A stretch of 32,000 nucleotides of DNA, taken from Halorhodospira halophila SL1. GTDB lineage: Bacteria > Pseudomonadota > Gammaproteobacteria > Nitrococcales > Halorhodospiraceae. The translations under genes were made by a program, and so were the position numbers. The stretch is from positions 2,640,001-2,672,000 of the forward strand of contig NC_008789.1 of the NCBI RefSeq assembly GCF_000015585.1, given 5' to 3'. Under the pieces are notes generated by a model. The model saw only the letters and a program-made list of their open reading frames with translations, did no database searches and was not told where the DNA came from. This document shows positions 1 to 8,652 of the stretch, piece by piece (within the stretch, counting starts at the first letter, position 1; the number at the start of each line of letters is the position of its first letter).

Positions 1-1216
1 GCTCGGTGGCCTCAGCCGCCGGCGCGGCGGTCAGCTCCCGGGCGCTGAGCCGCGGCACCTCGACGGCGATATCGAAGCGATCGAGCAGCGGCCCGGTGAT
101 CCGGTCGCGGTAGCGCGCCACCTGATCCGGGGTGCAGCGGCACTCGCCGCGGGGGTCGCCGTGGTAGCCGCAGGGACAGGGGTTCATGGCCGCCACCAGC
201 TGGAAGGCCGCCGGGTAGGTGACCCGGGCGTTGCTGCGGGCGATGCTCACCCGCCGCGCCTGCAGGGGCTCACGCAGCGCCTCCAGGGCGTTGCGGGGCA
301 GTTCGGGGAACTCGTCGAGGAAGAGCACGCCGCGGTGGGCCAGGGAGACCTCGCCGGGGCGGGGCGGCTGCCCGCCACCGATCAGCGCCGCCGGGGAGAT
401 GCTGTGGTGGGGGGCCCGGAAGGCCGGGATCCGCCAGCTGGCCGGATCCACCCCCTCGCCACTGACCGAGCGCACCGCCGCCGCCTCCAGGGCCTCGTCT
501 TCCGGGAGCGGCGGCAACAGCCCGGGCAGGCGTTCGGCGAGCATGCTCTTGCCGGTACCGGGCGGGCCGCTGAGCAGCAGGTTGTGCCCCCCCGCGGCGG
601 CGACCTCCAGCGCCCGGCGCGGGCCGGCCTGGCCGCGGACGTCGGCGAGATCGGGGCCTGGAGAGCGTTCCTGCGCCCCGGTCGGCGACCCCACCGGGGG
701 CAGGGGCTCGCGGCCGTCCAGGTGGTCCAGCACCGCCAGCAGGCGCTGCGCGGCCACCGTGCCCCCGGGGTGAACCAATGCCGCCTCGGCGGCGTCGCCG
801 CCCGGGATGATCAGCCGCCGGCCGGCCTCGCGGGCGGCCCGTGCCGCCGGGAGGATGGCGCCCACTTCGCGGAGCTGGCCGCCCAGGGCCAGCTCGCCGA
901 TGAACTCCAGCGATTCGAGTTCGCCGTGGGCCTGACCCGACGCCGCCAGCACGCCGACCGCGATGGCCAGATCGAAGCGTCCGCCGCCCTTGGGCAGATC
1001 CGCCGGGGCCAGGTTGACCGTGACGCGGCCGACGGGAAACTCCAGGCCGCTGTTGATGATGGCGCTGCGGACCCGGTCCCGGGCCTCGCGCACCTCGGCC
1101 TGGGGCAGGCCGACCAGTGAGAACGCAGGCAGCCCCGGCGCCAGGTGGACCTCCACCTGGACCTCGGGGGCCGCCACACCGAGCGCCGCCCGCGCCCGGG
1201 TAACCGCCAGTGCCAT
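1..1216 (-). CDS. comM: ComM/YifB Mg-chelatase-like AAA+ ATPase, partial (C-terminus lies beyond the window start)
   Basis: The ORF is open to the window edge, so it is absent from the ORF track. Hand reverse-translation from the ATG (complement of cat at 1214-1216) gives [90 protein letters not shown]. Further in are Walker [14 protein letters not shown] (about 540-580) and Walker B-like [12 protein letters not shown] (about 300-340). The frame stays open to position 2. Confidence 0.9.
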   Translation of the reverse strand, partial: MALAVTRARAALGVAAPEVQVEVHLAPGLPAFSLVGLPQAEVREARDRVRSAIINSGLEFPVGRVTVNLAPADLPKGGGRFDLAIAVGVLAASGQAHGELESLEFIGELALGGQLREVGAILPAARAAREAGRRLIIPGGDAAEAALVHPGGTVAAQRLLAVLDHLDGREPLPPVGSPTGAQERSPGPDLADVRGQAGPRRALEVAAAGGHNLLLSGPPGTGKSMLAERLPGLLPPLPEDEALEAAAVRSVSGEGVDPASWRIPAFRAPHHSISPAALIGGGQPPRPGEVSLAHRGVLFLDEFPELPRNALEALREPLQARRVSIARSNARVTYPAAFQLVAAMNPCPCGYHGDPRGECRCTPDQVARYRDRITGPLLDRFDIAVEVPRLSARELTAAPAAEATE

Positions 1217-1265
1217 GGGAACCCTCCCTGGTTCATGGGCACAGAGGACGACCTACGCGGCGAGC

Positions 1266-1283
1266 CCGCAGGCCCGCCTGCGG
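1266..1283. repeat. Perfect inverted repeat CCGCAGGC-CC-GCCTGCGG directly 3' of the ubiK stop; possible attenuating hairpin between ubiK and comM
   Basis: Read directly from the sequence: 8-bp arms with a 2-nt spacer. There is no U-tract on the minus strand, so it is not a canonical intrinsic terminator. Confidence 0.4.
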
Positions 1284-1284
1284 A

Positions 1285-2123
<839 letters not shown>

Positions 2124-2159
2124 CCGGCCCGCCCCCAACCAATGCAGAGGACCTGAACC

Positions 2160-3404
2160 ATGGAAGACGTAGTCGAACTTGCCTACGCCCTCGATACCTT
2201 CTACTTCCTGCTCTCGGGCGCACTGGTCATGTGGATGGCCGCCGGCTTCACCATGCTCGAGGCGGGTATGGTGCGCGCCAAGAACACCACCGAGATCCTC
2301 ACCAAGAACATCGGGCTCTACTCCATCGCGGTGATCATGTACATGCTCATCGGCTGGAACCTGATGTACGAGAGCTCGGGCAGCCTGCTGCCCACCTTCA
2401 GCTTCCTGCTGCCCGCCTCGGAGCCGGTCACGGCCGAGATGGCGCGCAGCGGCGAGGCCACCGAGTCCTACTTCTCGGACTTCTTCTTCCAGGTGGTCTT
2501 CGTCGCCACGGCCATGTCCATCGTCTCCGGCGCCGTCGCCGAGCGCATGAAGCTCTGGTCTTTCCTGATCTTCGCGGTGGTGCTCACCGGCTTTATCTAC
2601 CCCATCCAGGGGCTGTGGAGCTGGGGCGGCGGCTTCCTCGATCAGATGGGCTTTTCGGACTTTGCCGGCTCGGCCATCGTCCACATGGCCGGCGCGTCGG
2701 CGGCCCTGGCCGGTGTTCTGGTCCTGGGCGCCCGCAAGGGCAAATACGGCCCCCGCGGCGAGGTACGCGCCATCCCCGGCGCCAACCTGCCGCTGGCCAC
2801 GTTGGGCACCTTCATCCTCTGGCTCGGCTGGTTCGGGTTTAACGGCGGCTCGGAGCTGTCGGTCTCCTCGGCGGGTGCAGCCAACGCGGTAGCCACCATC
2901 TTCATGAACACCAACCTGGCCGCCGCCGGCGGTGTGGTCGCCGCCCTGCTGCTGGCCCGCGCCCTGTTCGGCAAGGCCGACCTGACCATGGCCCTCAACG
3001 GCGCCATCGCCGGTCTGGTCTCCATCACCGCCGGGCCGGACACCCCGTCGCCGCTGCTGGCCGCGTTCATCGGTGGTGTCGGTGGTGTTCTGGTGGTCTT
3101 CTCCATCGTCGCCCTCGATAAGCTGAAGATCGACGACCCGGTGGGCGCCATCTCGGCCCACGGCACGGCGGGCATCTGGGGCATCCTGGCGGTGCTGCTC
3201 TCCAACCCGGACGCCACCTTCGGTGCCCAGATCGCCGGGCTGCTATCGATCTTCACCTTTGTCTTCCTGGCCAGCCTGGTCGTCTGGCTGATCCTGCGCT
3301 TCACCCTGGGGATCCGCGCCAGCGAAGAGGACGAGCAGAAGGGCATGGACGTGACCGAGTGCGGGATGGAGGCCTACCCGGACTTCACCGCCGGTCGCAA
3401 GTAG
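2160..3404 (+). CDS. amtB: Ammonium transporter AmtB (Amt/MEP/Rh family)
   Basis: The 414-aa polytopic membrane protein has typical Amt motifs (FTMLEAGMVRAKN, DFAGS.IVHM, GWFGFNGGS, VGAISAHG.AGIWG). It sits 36 nt after glnK. Confidence 0.95.
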   Translation: MEDVVELAYALDTFYFLLSGALVMWMAAGFTMLEAGMVRAKNTTEILTKNIGLYSIAVIMYMLIGWNLMYESSGSLLPTFSFLLPASEPVTAEMARSGEATESYFSDFFFQVVFVATAMSIVSGAVAERMKLWSFLIFAVVLTGFIYPIQGLWSWGGGFLDQMGFSDFAGSAIVHMAGASAALAGVLVLGARKGKYGPRGEVRAIPGANLPLATLGTFILWLGWFGFNGGSELSVSSAGAANAVATIFMNTNLAAAGGVVAALLLARALFGKADLTMALNGAIAGLVSITAGPDTPSPLLAAFIGGVGGVLVVFSIVALDKLKIDDPVGAISAHGTAGIWGILAVLLSNPDATFGAQIAGLLSIFTFVFLASLVVWLILRFTLGIRASEEDEQKGMDVTECGMEAYPDFTAGRK

Positions 3405-3444
3405 GGCAACCGCTCCTCTCCTCCTCTCCCGAACGGGAGACCTT

Positions 3445-3473
3445 GCGGGCGCTTCGGCGCCCGCTTTTCTTTG
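3445..3473 (+). terminator. Rho-independent terminator after amtB
   Basis: The stem GCGGGCGC-TTCG-GCGCCCGC (8 bp with a tetraloop) is followed by TTTTCTTTG. It begins 41 nt after the amtB stop. Confidence 0.85.
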
Positions 3474-3548
3474 CTGCGGGGGCAGAGGGAACCGCTATCC
3501 TGTACCCTGCGTGCCAGCATCCAAGTCCCCGTTCCGAGGAGAAAAACC

Positions 3549-4331
3549 ATGCAATCGAAGTGGATCCCATGGACCTGCGCCCTCACCGCGGTCGTCGCCG
3601 CCTCGACCGCCAGCGCCGCCGACTACCGGCCGCTGACGATCTCCAGCGTCTCCGTGATCGGCGCCGACAACACCGAGCTGTTCGGCCACGCGGCCTTCGA
3701 GTTCGGGCGGGAGGCCAGTGATGGGGCGGGGCAGGGTCCCGGCAACGACATCGGCACCGGTGATTACGACAACCTGCGTCTGGGTCCGCTGGGCTTTCGC
3801 TACGGCCTCACCGACGACTTCGAGTACGGCGCCTACTTCACCTTCAACAGCAACGCCGATGACGACGACGGCGCCCCGGACGACTCGGGCCTGGAGGGGA
3901 TCACCGGCTTCGCCAAGCTCCAGCTCAACCAGCACTTTGCCCTGGAGGTGGGCGCCCGGGCCGGCGGCGCCGACGACGTGGCCCCCTACCCCAACGACGG
4001 CCTGGACTTCTACGTCAACCTGCCCATGCAGCGCAGCCTGGGTCCCGGGCTGGTCTACGGCGAGCTCGGCTACACCATCCAGGACAACGACATCGGCGGT
4101 ACCTACGCCAACTGGGGCATCGGTTACGCCCACCCCCTGGACACCGGCACCAACCTCAACGTCGAGCTGCGTGGCGACGAGAGCCCCACTGGGGACGGCA
4201 ACCACATGGACCTGATCGTCGGCGCCGGCCTGCAGGTCGAACAGGTCCACCTGCGCCCCTATCTGGGCCTGGGCCTCTACGACGCCAGCCCTGACGTCTC
4301 CTTCGGCATCGGCGCCAGCCTGCCGCTGTAA
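3549..4331 (+). CDS. Secreted, very acidic putative outer-membrane beta-barrel protein; family not recognised
   Basis: ORF 3471..4331. I chose the start at M27 (ATG 3549), which follows a GAGGAG Shine-Dalgarno sequence. The Sec signal peptide is MQSKWIPWTCALTAVVAASTASA/AD. The mature part has repeated amphipathic alternating strands (GFRYGLTDDFEYGAYFTF, FALEVGARA, LVYGELGYTI, WGIGYAHPL, LNVELRG, MDLIVGAGLQV, LRPYLGLGLY, VSFGIGASL) separated by D/G-rich loops. GC3 is high, as in neighbouring genes. Confidence 0.75.
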   Translation: MQSKWIPWTCALTAVVAASTASAADYRPLTISSVSVIGADNTELFGHAAFEFGREASDGAGQGPGNDIGTGDYDNLRLGPLGFRYGLTDDFEYGAYFTFNSNADDDDGAPDDSGLEGITGFAKLQLNQHFALEVGARAGGADDVAPYPNDGLDFYVNLPMQRSLGPGLVYGELGYTIQDNDIGGTYANWGIGYAHPLDTGTNLNVELRGDESPTGDGNHMDLIVGAGLQVEQVHLRPYLGLGLYDASPDVSFGIGASLPL

Positions 4332-4340
4332 GGCACCGGT

Positions 4341-4946
4341 TTGACCGCCCGAGACCGCCTGTCGGTCCGCGATCTGCGCTGTGCGGTGGCGGCCTGGCCC
4401 CGGCTCGGGGTGCCGGCCGGGGGCTGCGCCGCCCTCGCCGGCCCCTCCGGCTCGGGCAAGAGCCGGCTGCTGCGCGCCATCGCCGACCTCGATCCCAACG
4501 AAGGCGAGGTGCACCTGGACGGTAGCCCGCGGCAGACCTTCACCGGCCATGAGTGGCGCCGCCGGGTCATCTATCTGGCAGCGGACTGCGCGTGGTGGGC
4601 CGAGACGGTCGGTGAGCACCTGGCTACCCTAGAGACCGACACGCTGGCTGCACTGGGCTTTGACGCCGACGTGGCGCAGTGGTCGGTGCGCCGGCTCTCC
4701 ACCGGCGAGCGCAGCCGCCTGGGCCTGGCCCGTGCGGTGGCGCTGCAGCCGCAGGTGCTGCTGCTCGACGAGCCCACCGCCAACCTGGATCGCGCCACCA
4801 CCGAGGCGGTGGAACGGGTGATTCAGACCCAGCGCCGACGGGGTGTGGCCATGGTCTGGGTGACCCACGACCCCGACCAGGTCCGCCGCCTGGATGCCCA
4901 GCGCTTCACCATCCACCACGGCACCGCCGAGGAGGGCTCACCGTGA
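4341..4946 (+). CDS. fetA: ABC transporter ATP-binding protein, FetA/YbbL-like
   Basis: The product has Walker A GPSGSGKS, signature LSTGERSRL, Walker B LLLLDEP and an H-loop WVTHD. It aligns along its length with my memory of E. coli YbbL. The only in-frame start before the conserved N-terminus is TTG at 4341, three codons after the preceding TAA. Confidence 0.8.
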   Translation: MTARDRLSVRDLRCAVAAWPRLGVPAGGCAALAGPSGSGKSRLLRAIADLDPNEGEVHLDGSPRQTFTGHEWRRRVIYLAADCAWWAETVGEHLATLETDTLAALGFDADVAQWSVRRLSTGERSRLGLARAVALQPQVLLLDEPTANLDRATTEAVERVIQTQRRRGVAMVWVTHDPDQVRRLDAQRFTIHHGTAEEGSP

Positions 4947-5740
4947 CCCAGGAGCTGATTCGCCTCGACCCGCTGGATCTGGTCCTCGCCGGCGCCCTGG
5001 TGGTGGCCCTGGCCGGCTTCTCTTGGGCCGGGCGTCTGGGGGTCGAGCGCTCACTGCTGGTCGCGGCGGCGCGCACGGTGATCCAGCTGCTGCTGGTCGG
5101 CCTGGTCCTGGAGACCCTGTTCGCCCACGCCACGCTCTATTGGGTGGCGCTGATGAGTGCGGTGATGCTCCTGGTGGCCGGCCGCGAGGTGATGGCCCGC
5201 CAGAAGCGGCGCTTCGCCGGCTTCTGGGGCTTCGGCCTGGGTACCGCGGCGATGTTCCTGTCGTCGTTCAGCGTGGCGGTGCTGGCGCTGATCGCCCTGG
5301 TCCAGCCGGAACCCTGGTACCAGCCGCAGTACGCCATCCCGCTACTGGGCATGCTCCTGGGCAATACCATGAACGGCATCGCCCTGTCGGTAGACCGGCT
5401 GACCGACGGCGCCTGGCAGCAGCGGGACGTCATCGAGGCCCGACTGGCCCTCGGCGAACCGTGGGGGGTAGCGGTGGAGCAGATCCGCCGCGACGCCATG
5501 CGCTCGGGGATGATCCCGATGATCAACGCCATGGCCGCAGCGGGGATCGTCAGCCTCCCCGGCATGATGACGGGTCAGATCCTTGCCGGGGCGCCGCCAA
5601 TGGAGGCGGTGAAGTACCAGATCCTGATCATGTTCCTGATCACCGTGGGGACCGGCTTCGGCACCCTGGCGGCGGTCTGGTTCGCCGCCCGCCGACTCTT
5701 CGACGAGCGCGAACGCCTGCGCCTGGACCGCCTGCGCTAG
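4943..5740 (+). CDS. fetB: FetB/YbbM-like ABC permease (UPF0014 family, putative iron exporter)
   Basis: ORF 4679..5740. The start was chosen at GTG 4943, which overlaps the fetA stop (GTGA). Motifs AARTVIQLLLVGLVLE, IPLLGMLLGNTMNG and IVSLPGMMTGQILAG..P.EAVKYQILIMF match E. coli YbbM as I remember it. Confidence 0.85.
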   Translation: MTQELIRLDPLDLVLAGALVVALAGFSWAGRLGVERSLLVAAARTVIQLLLVGLVLETLFAHATLYWVALMSAVMLLVAGREVMARQKRRFAGFWGFGLGTAAMFLSSFSVAVLALIALVQPEPWYQPQYAIPLLGMLLGNTMNGIALSVDRLTDGAWQQRDVIEARLALGEPWGVAVEQIRRDAMRSGMIPMINAMAAAGIVSLPGMMTGQILAGAPPMEAVKYQILIMFLITVGTGFGTLAAVWFAARRLFDERERLRLDRLR

Positions 5741-5777
5741 GCCCCCGCGGGGCCGCCTGACGCAGGCACCTCCACGA

Positions 5778-6614
5778 CTACTTGAGCAGTTCCGGCACCG
5801 CCAGAGCCGCCCGGTGGATGTCGGCGTTGTAGTAGCGGGTCTCGAAGGGCTTCTCCTCCGAATCGGCCTCGCGGAAGTTGCGCGGGTCGCCGCCGTTGAC
5901 CATCAGCGTCGCCGACCACCACCCCGAGGGGTAGCTGGGCACCGGGAAAGTCAAGGTGTGCACGCCGTCGAAGCCGGCCTCGCTGGCGGCGCGGTGCAGC
6001 GGGGCGATGACCGAATCGCGATGGAGCAGTGGCGACTCGCTCTGCTGGACCACAATGCCACCGGGCCCCAGGGCGCTGCGCACGTCGGTGAGGAACTCCT
6101 TGGTGAACAGCCCCGCCGCCGGGCCGACCGGGTCGGTGCTGTCGACGATCACCACGTCCAGCGACTCCGGCTCCGCCTCGCGGATCCAGCGCAGGCCGTC
6201 GGTGAAACGCAGCTCGGCGCGCTCGTCGTCGTTGGCGGTGCACAGGTCCGGGAAGTGGGTCTCGGCGACCCGGGTCACCCGCTCGTCGAGTTCCACCTGC
6301 AGGGTGTGCTCCACGCCCGGATGGCGGAGCACCTCGCGCAGGATGCCGCAGTCGCCGCCGCCGACGATGGCCACGCGCCGGGGCTCGCGGTGGGCGAAGA
6401 GCGCCGGGTGGGCCATCATCTCGTGGTAGAGGAACTCGTCCCGCTCGGTGAGCATGACGCAGCCGTCGAGGACCAGCAGTCGTCCCCAGCGCCGGGTCCG
6501 GTAGACCTCGATGTGCTGGTACTCGCTCTGCTCTTCGTGGACCCGCTCGTCGATGGCCAAAGAGAAGGCGACGCCCTCGTCCTCGACCGCTTCGGTAAAC
6601 CATCCCTCGCGCAT
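5778..6614 (-). CDS. speE: Spermidine synthase (polyamine aminopropyltransferase)
   Basis: ORF 5778..6737. The start was chosen at M42 (MREGWFTE, cat 6612-6614), preceded by GGCGGAGG. Motifs QHIEVY....G..L.LDG, FLYHEMM.HP, VAIVGGGDCG..REVL and VIVDSTDPVGPA..LF are typical of SpeE. Confidence 0.9.
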   Translation of the reverse strand: MREGWFTEAVEDEGVAFSLAIDERVHEEQSEYQHIEVYRTRRWGRLLVLDGCVMLTERDEFLYHEMMAHPALFAHREPRRVAIVGGGDCGILREVLRHPGVEHTLQVELDERVTRVAETHFPDLCTANDDERAELRFTDGLRWIREAEPESLDVVIVDSTDPVGPAAGLFTKEFLTDVRSALGPGGIVVQQSESPLLHRDSVIAPLHRAASEAGFDGVHTLTFPVPSYPSGWWSATLMVNGGDPRNFREADSEEKPFETRYYNADIHRAALAVPELLK

Positions 6615-6736
6615 CGCGCCTCCGCCAATGGGGTTGTTGTCCGGCTCCGCTCGCTGCGGATGCGCGAATGTTACCATCCTCGGGCAGTGTGGCGCGTCGC
6701 GCCGCAGTCTCTCCTCCACCAGTTGCAGACGACCCA

Positions 6737-8617
6737 ATGAGCGACGACTGGAGCAACCGACCCGCCCGCGAGGTGTACAACGTCCCTCGCTGGAGCGAGG
6801 GGTATTTCGACATCTCGGCCGCCGGGCGACTGCAGGTCCGCCCCCACCGCGGCAGCGGGCCGGCCGTGGATCTGCGCCGGATCGTCGCCGACCTGCCCGA
6901 TCAGGGCGTCTCCCCGCCGGTGCTGATCCGCTTCCCGGCGATCCTGCGCGATCGCGTCGACGCCCTGTGCGACGCCTTCGGCGCGGCCATGGCCGAGGCC
7001 GATTACCGCGGCGCCTACCAGCCGGTCTACCCGATCAAGGTCAATCAGCAGCGCTCGGTGATCGAGGAGATCGTCGGCGATGGCCGGCGGGTGGGCCTGG
7101 AGGCCGGCAGCAAGCCCGAGCTGATGGCGGTGCTGGCCCTGGCCCCGACCGGGGGCACCGTGATCTGCAACGGCTACAAGGACCCCGAGTACGTCCGCCT
7201 GGCCCTGCGCGGCCTGCAGCTGGGGCTGCAGGTCCACCTGGTCCTCGAGAAACGCTCCGAGGCGCGGATGATCATCCGCGAGGCACGCCGGCTGGGGGTG
7301 GCGCCGCGGCTGGGGCTGCGGGTCCGCCTGGCCTCCATGGGTGCCGGCAAGTGGCAGAACACCGGCGGGGAACGCTCGAAGTTCGGCCTGACCGCCGCCG
7401 ATGCCCTGGCGGTGGTGGAGGAGCTGCGCGAGGCGGATCTGCTGGAGCGCCTGGAGCTGCTGCACTTCCACCTCGGCTCGCAGATCGCCAACGTCCACGA
7501 TATCCGCGCGGGTCTCTCGGAGGGGGCACGCTTCTACACTGAGCTACGCCGCCTGGGGGCGCCGGTGAGCAAGGTGGATGTGGGCGGCGGCCTGGGGGTG
7601 GACTACGAAGGCACGCGCTCCCGGGCCTTCTGCTCGATGAACTACAGCATCGCCGAGTACGCCCATAACGTGGTGGCCGCCCTCAAGGCGGTCTGCGACG
7701 AGGCCGGGCTGCCACACCCGACGCTGATCACCGAGAGCGGCCGCGCCATGACCGCCCACCATGCGGTGCTGGTGACGCCGGTGATCGACACCGACAGCCG
7801 CGAGGCCAGCGCCCCGGAACCGCCGCCGGCGGACGCCCCCAAGGTCTTGCGCGAGCTCTACCGCACCCTGGAGGAGCACGCCCAGCGCCCGGCCACCGAG
7901 GCCTACCACGACGCCTGCCACTACCTGCAGGAGGCGCGCGGGCTTTACCTCCACGGGGTCCTGGATCTGCCCCAGCGGGCCTACGCCGAGCGCTGCTATC
8001 AGGCCATCGGCACGCGGCTGCGCGGGCGGCTCAACCCCGGTCGCCCCCACCAGCGAGAGGTGCTCGACGCCCTCAACGAGGGGTTGGCCGACAAGCTGTT
8101 CGCCAACTTCTCGGTGTTCCAGTCGATCCCCGACGTGTGGGCGATCGATCAGATCTTTCCCATCGTCCCCCTCTCGGGGCTCGACCGGCCGGCCTGCCGG
8201 CGTGGCGTGGTCCAGGATCTGACCTGCGACTCCGACGGCACCGTCTCGCTCTACGTCGACGGCGACGGGGTGGAGGGCACCCTGCCCCTGCCCGAGCCGG
8301 AACCCGGCGAACCGCTATGGCTGGGCATCTTCCTGGTCGGTGCCTATCAGGAGATCCTCGGCGATCGGCACAATCTCTTCGGCGCCACCGACTCGGTGAA
8401 CGTGGAGGTCGATGAGCAGGGGCACCGATTCATCACCGCCACGCGCGGCGACAGCATCGGCGGGGTCTTGCGCTCGGTGGGCTTCGACGAGCGGGAGCTC
8501 AGCGGCGCGTATCGGCGCCGCATCGCCGCCGCCGATCTCGATGATGCGGCCCGCCGCGCCTGCCTGGCCGACCTCGAGGCCGGGCTGCTCGGCGGCACCT
8601 ATCTGGAGGGCCCCTGA
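6737..8617 (+). CDS. speA: Biosynthetic arginine decarboxylase (PLP-dependent)
   Basis: ORF 6668..8617. The N-terminus MSDDWS..YNVPRWSEGYF parallels E. coli SpeA (MSDDMS...). YPIKVNQQRSVIEEIV and GLEAGSKPELMAVLA are hallmark motifs. The Shine-Dalgarno sequence before 6737 is poor, so the upstream ATG at 6668 cannot be excluded. Confidence 0.9.
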   Translation: MSDDWSNRPAREVYNVPRWSEGYFDISAAGRLQVRPHRGSGPAVDLRRIVADLPDQGVSPPVLIRFPAILRDRVDALCDAFGAAMAEADYRGAYQPVYPIKVNQQRSVIEEIVGDGRRVGLEAGSKPELMAVLALAPTGGTVICNGYKDPEYVRLALRGLQLGLQVHLVLEKRSEARMIIREARRLGVAPRLGLRVRLASMGAGKWQNTGGERSKFGLTAADALAVVEELREADLLERLELLHFHLGSQIANVHDIRAGLSEGARFYTELRRLGAPVSKVDVGGGLGVDYEGTRSRAFCSMNYSIAEYAHNVVAALKAVCDEAGLPHPTLITESGRAMTAHHAVLVTPVIDTDSREASAPEPPPADAPKVLRELYRTLEEHAQRPATEAYHDACHYLQEARGLYLHGVLDLPQRAYAERCYQAIGTRLRGRLNPGRPHQREVLDALNEGLADKLFANFSVFQSIPDVWAIDQIFPIVPLSGLDRPACRRGVVQDLTCDSDGTVSLYVDGDGVEGTLPLPEPEPGEPLWLGIFLVGAYQEILGDRHNLFGATDSVNVEVDEQGHRFITATRGDSIGGVLRSVGFDERELSGAYRRRIAAADLDDAARRACLADLEAGLLGGTYLEGP

Positions 8618-8652
8618 GCGGGGGCACGGGGCGCAAACAAGGAGGCAACGGC

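Noticed and set aside
3471-3500. TTGCTG...TATCCT as a sigma-70 promoter for the barrel-fetAB unit, together with a search for Fur or OxyR boxes upstream of 3549.
   Set aside because: The spacer is 19 nt and the -10 is poor. No AT-rich Fur-box-like 19-mer or ATAG-N7-CTAT OxyR-type repeats are visible. The real promoter cannot be called from sequence alone.
5740-5754. GGCCCC-CGC-GGGGCC hairpin between convergent fetB and speE, considered as a terminator.
   Set aside because: The stem is only 6 bp with a 3-nt loop and there is no U-tract on either strand. It is plausible but too weak to annotate as a terminator.
6691-6703. 13-nt perfect palindrome GGCGCGTCGCGCC in the speE/speA intergenic region, considered as an operator.
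   Set aside because: It is made purely of G and C and is short. Such palindromes arise easily by chance in DNA this GC-rich, and there is no second copy or flanking motif. It is mentioned only in context.
6615-6737. N-terminal extensions implied by the longest-ORF coordinates: speE to 6737, speA from 6668, OMP from 3471, fetB from 4679, uvrD to 24626, oxyR to 25566, LOG from 21265, ubiK to 1587 and the DUF2782-like gene from 21902.
   Set aside because: The extensions are Arg/Pro-rich and lack homology to the known N-termini. They would overlap neighbouring genes. Internal starts have Shine-Dalgarno sequences or reproduce the N-termini of E. coli homologues (MSDDW for SpeA, MNLRDL for OxyR).
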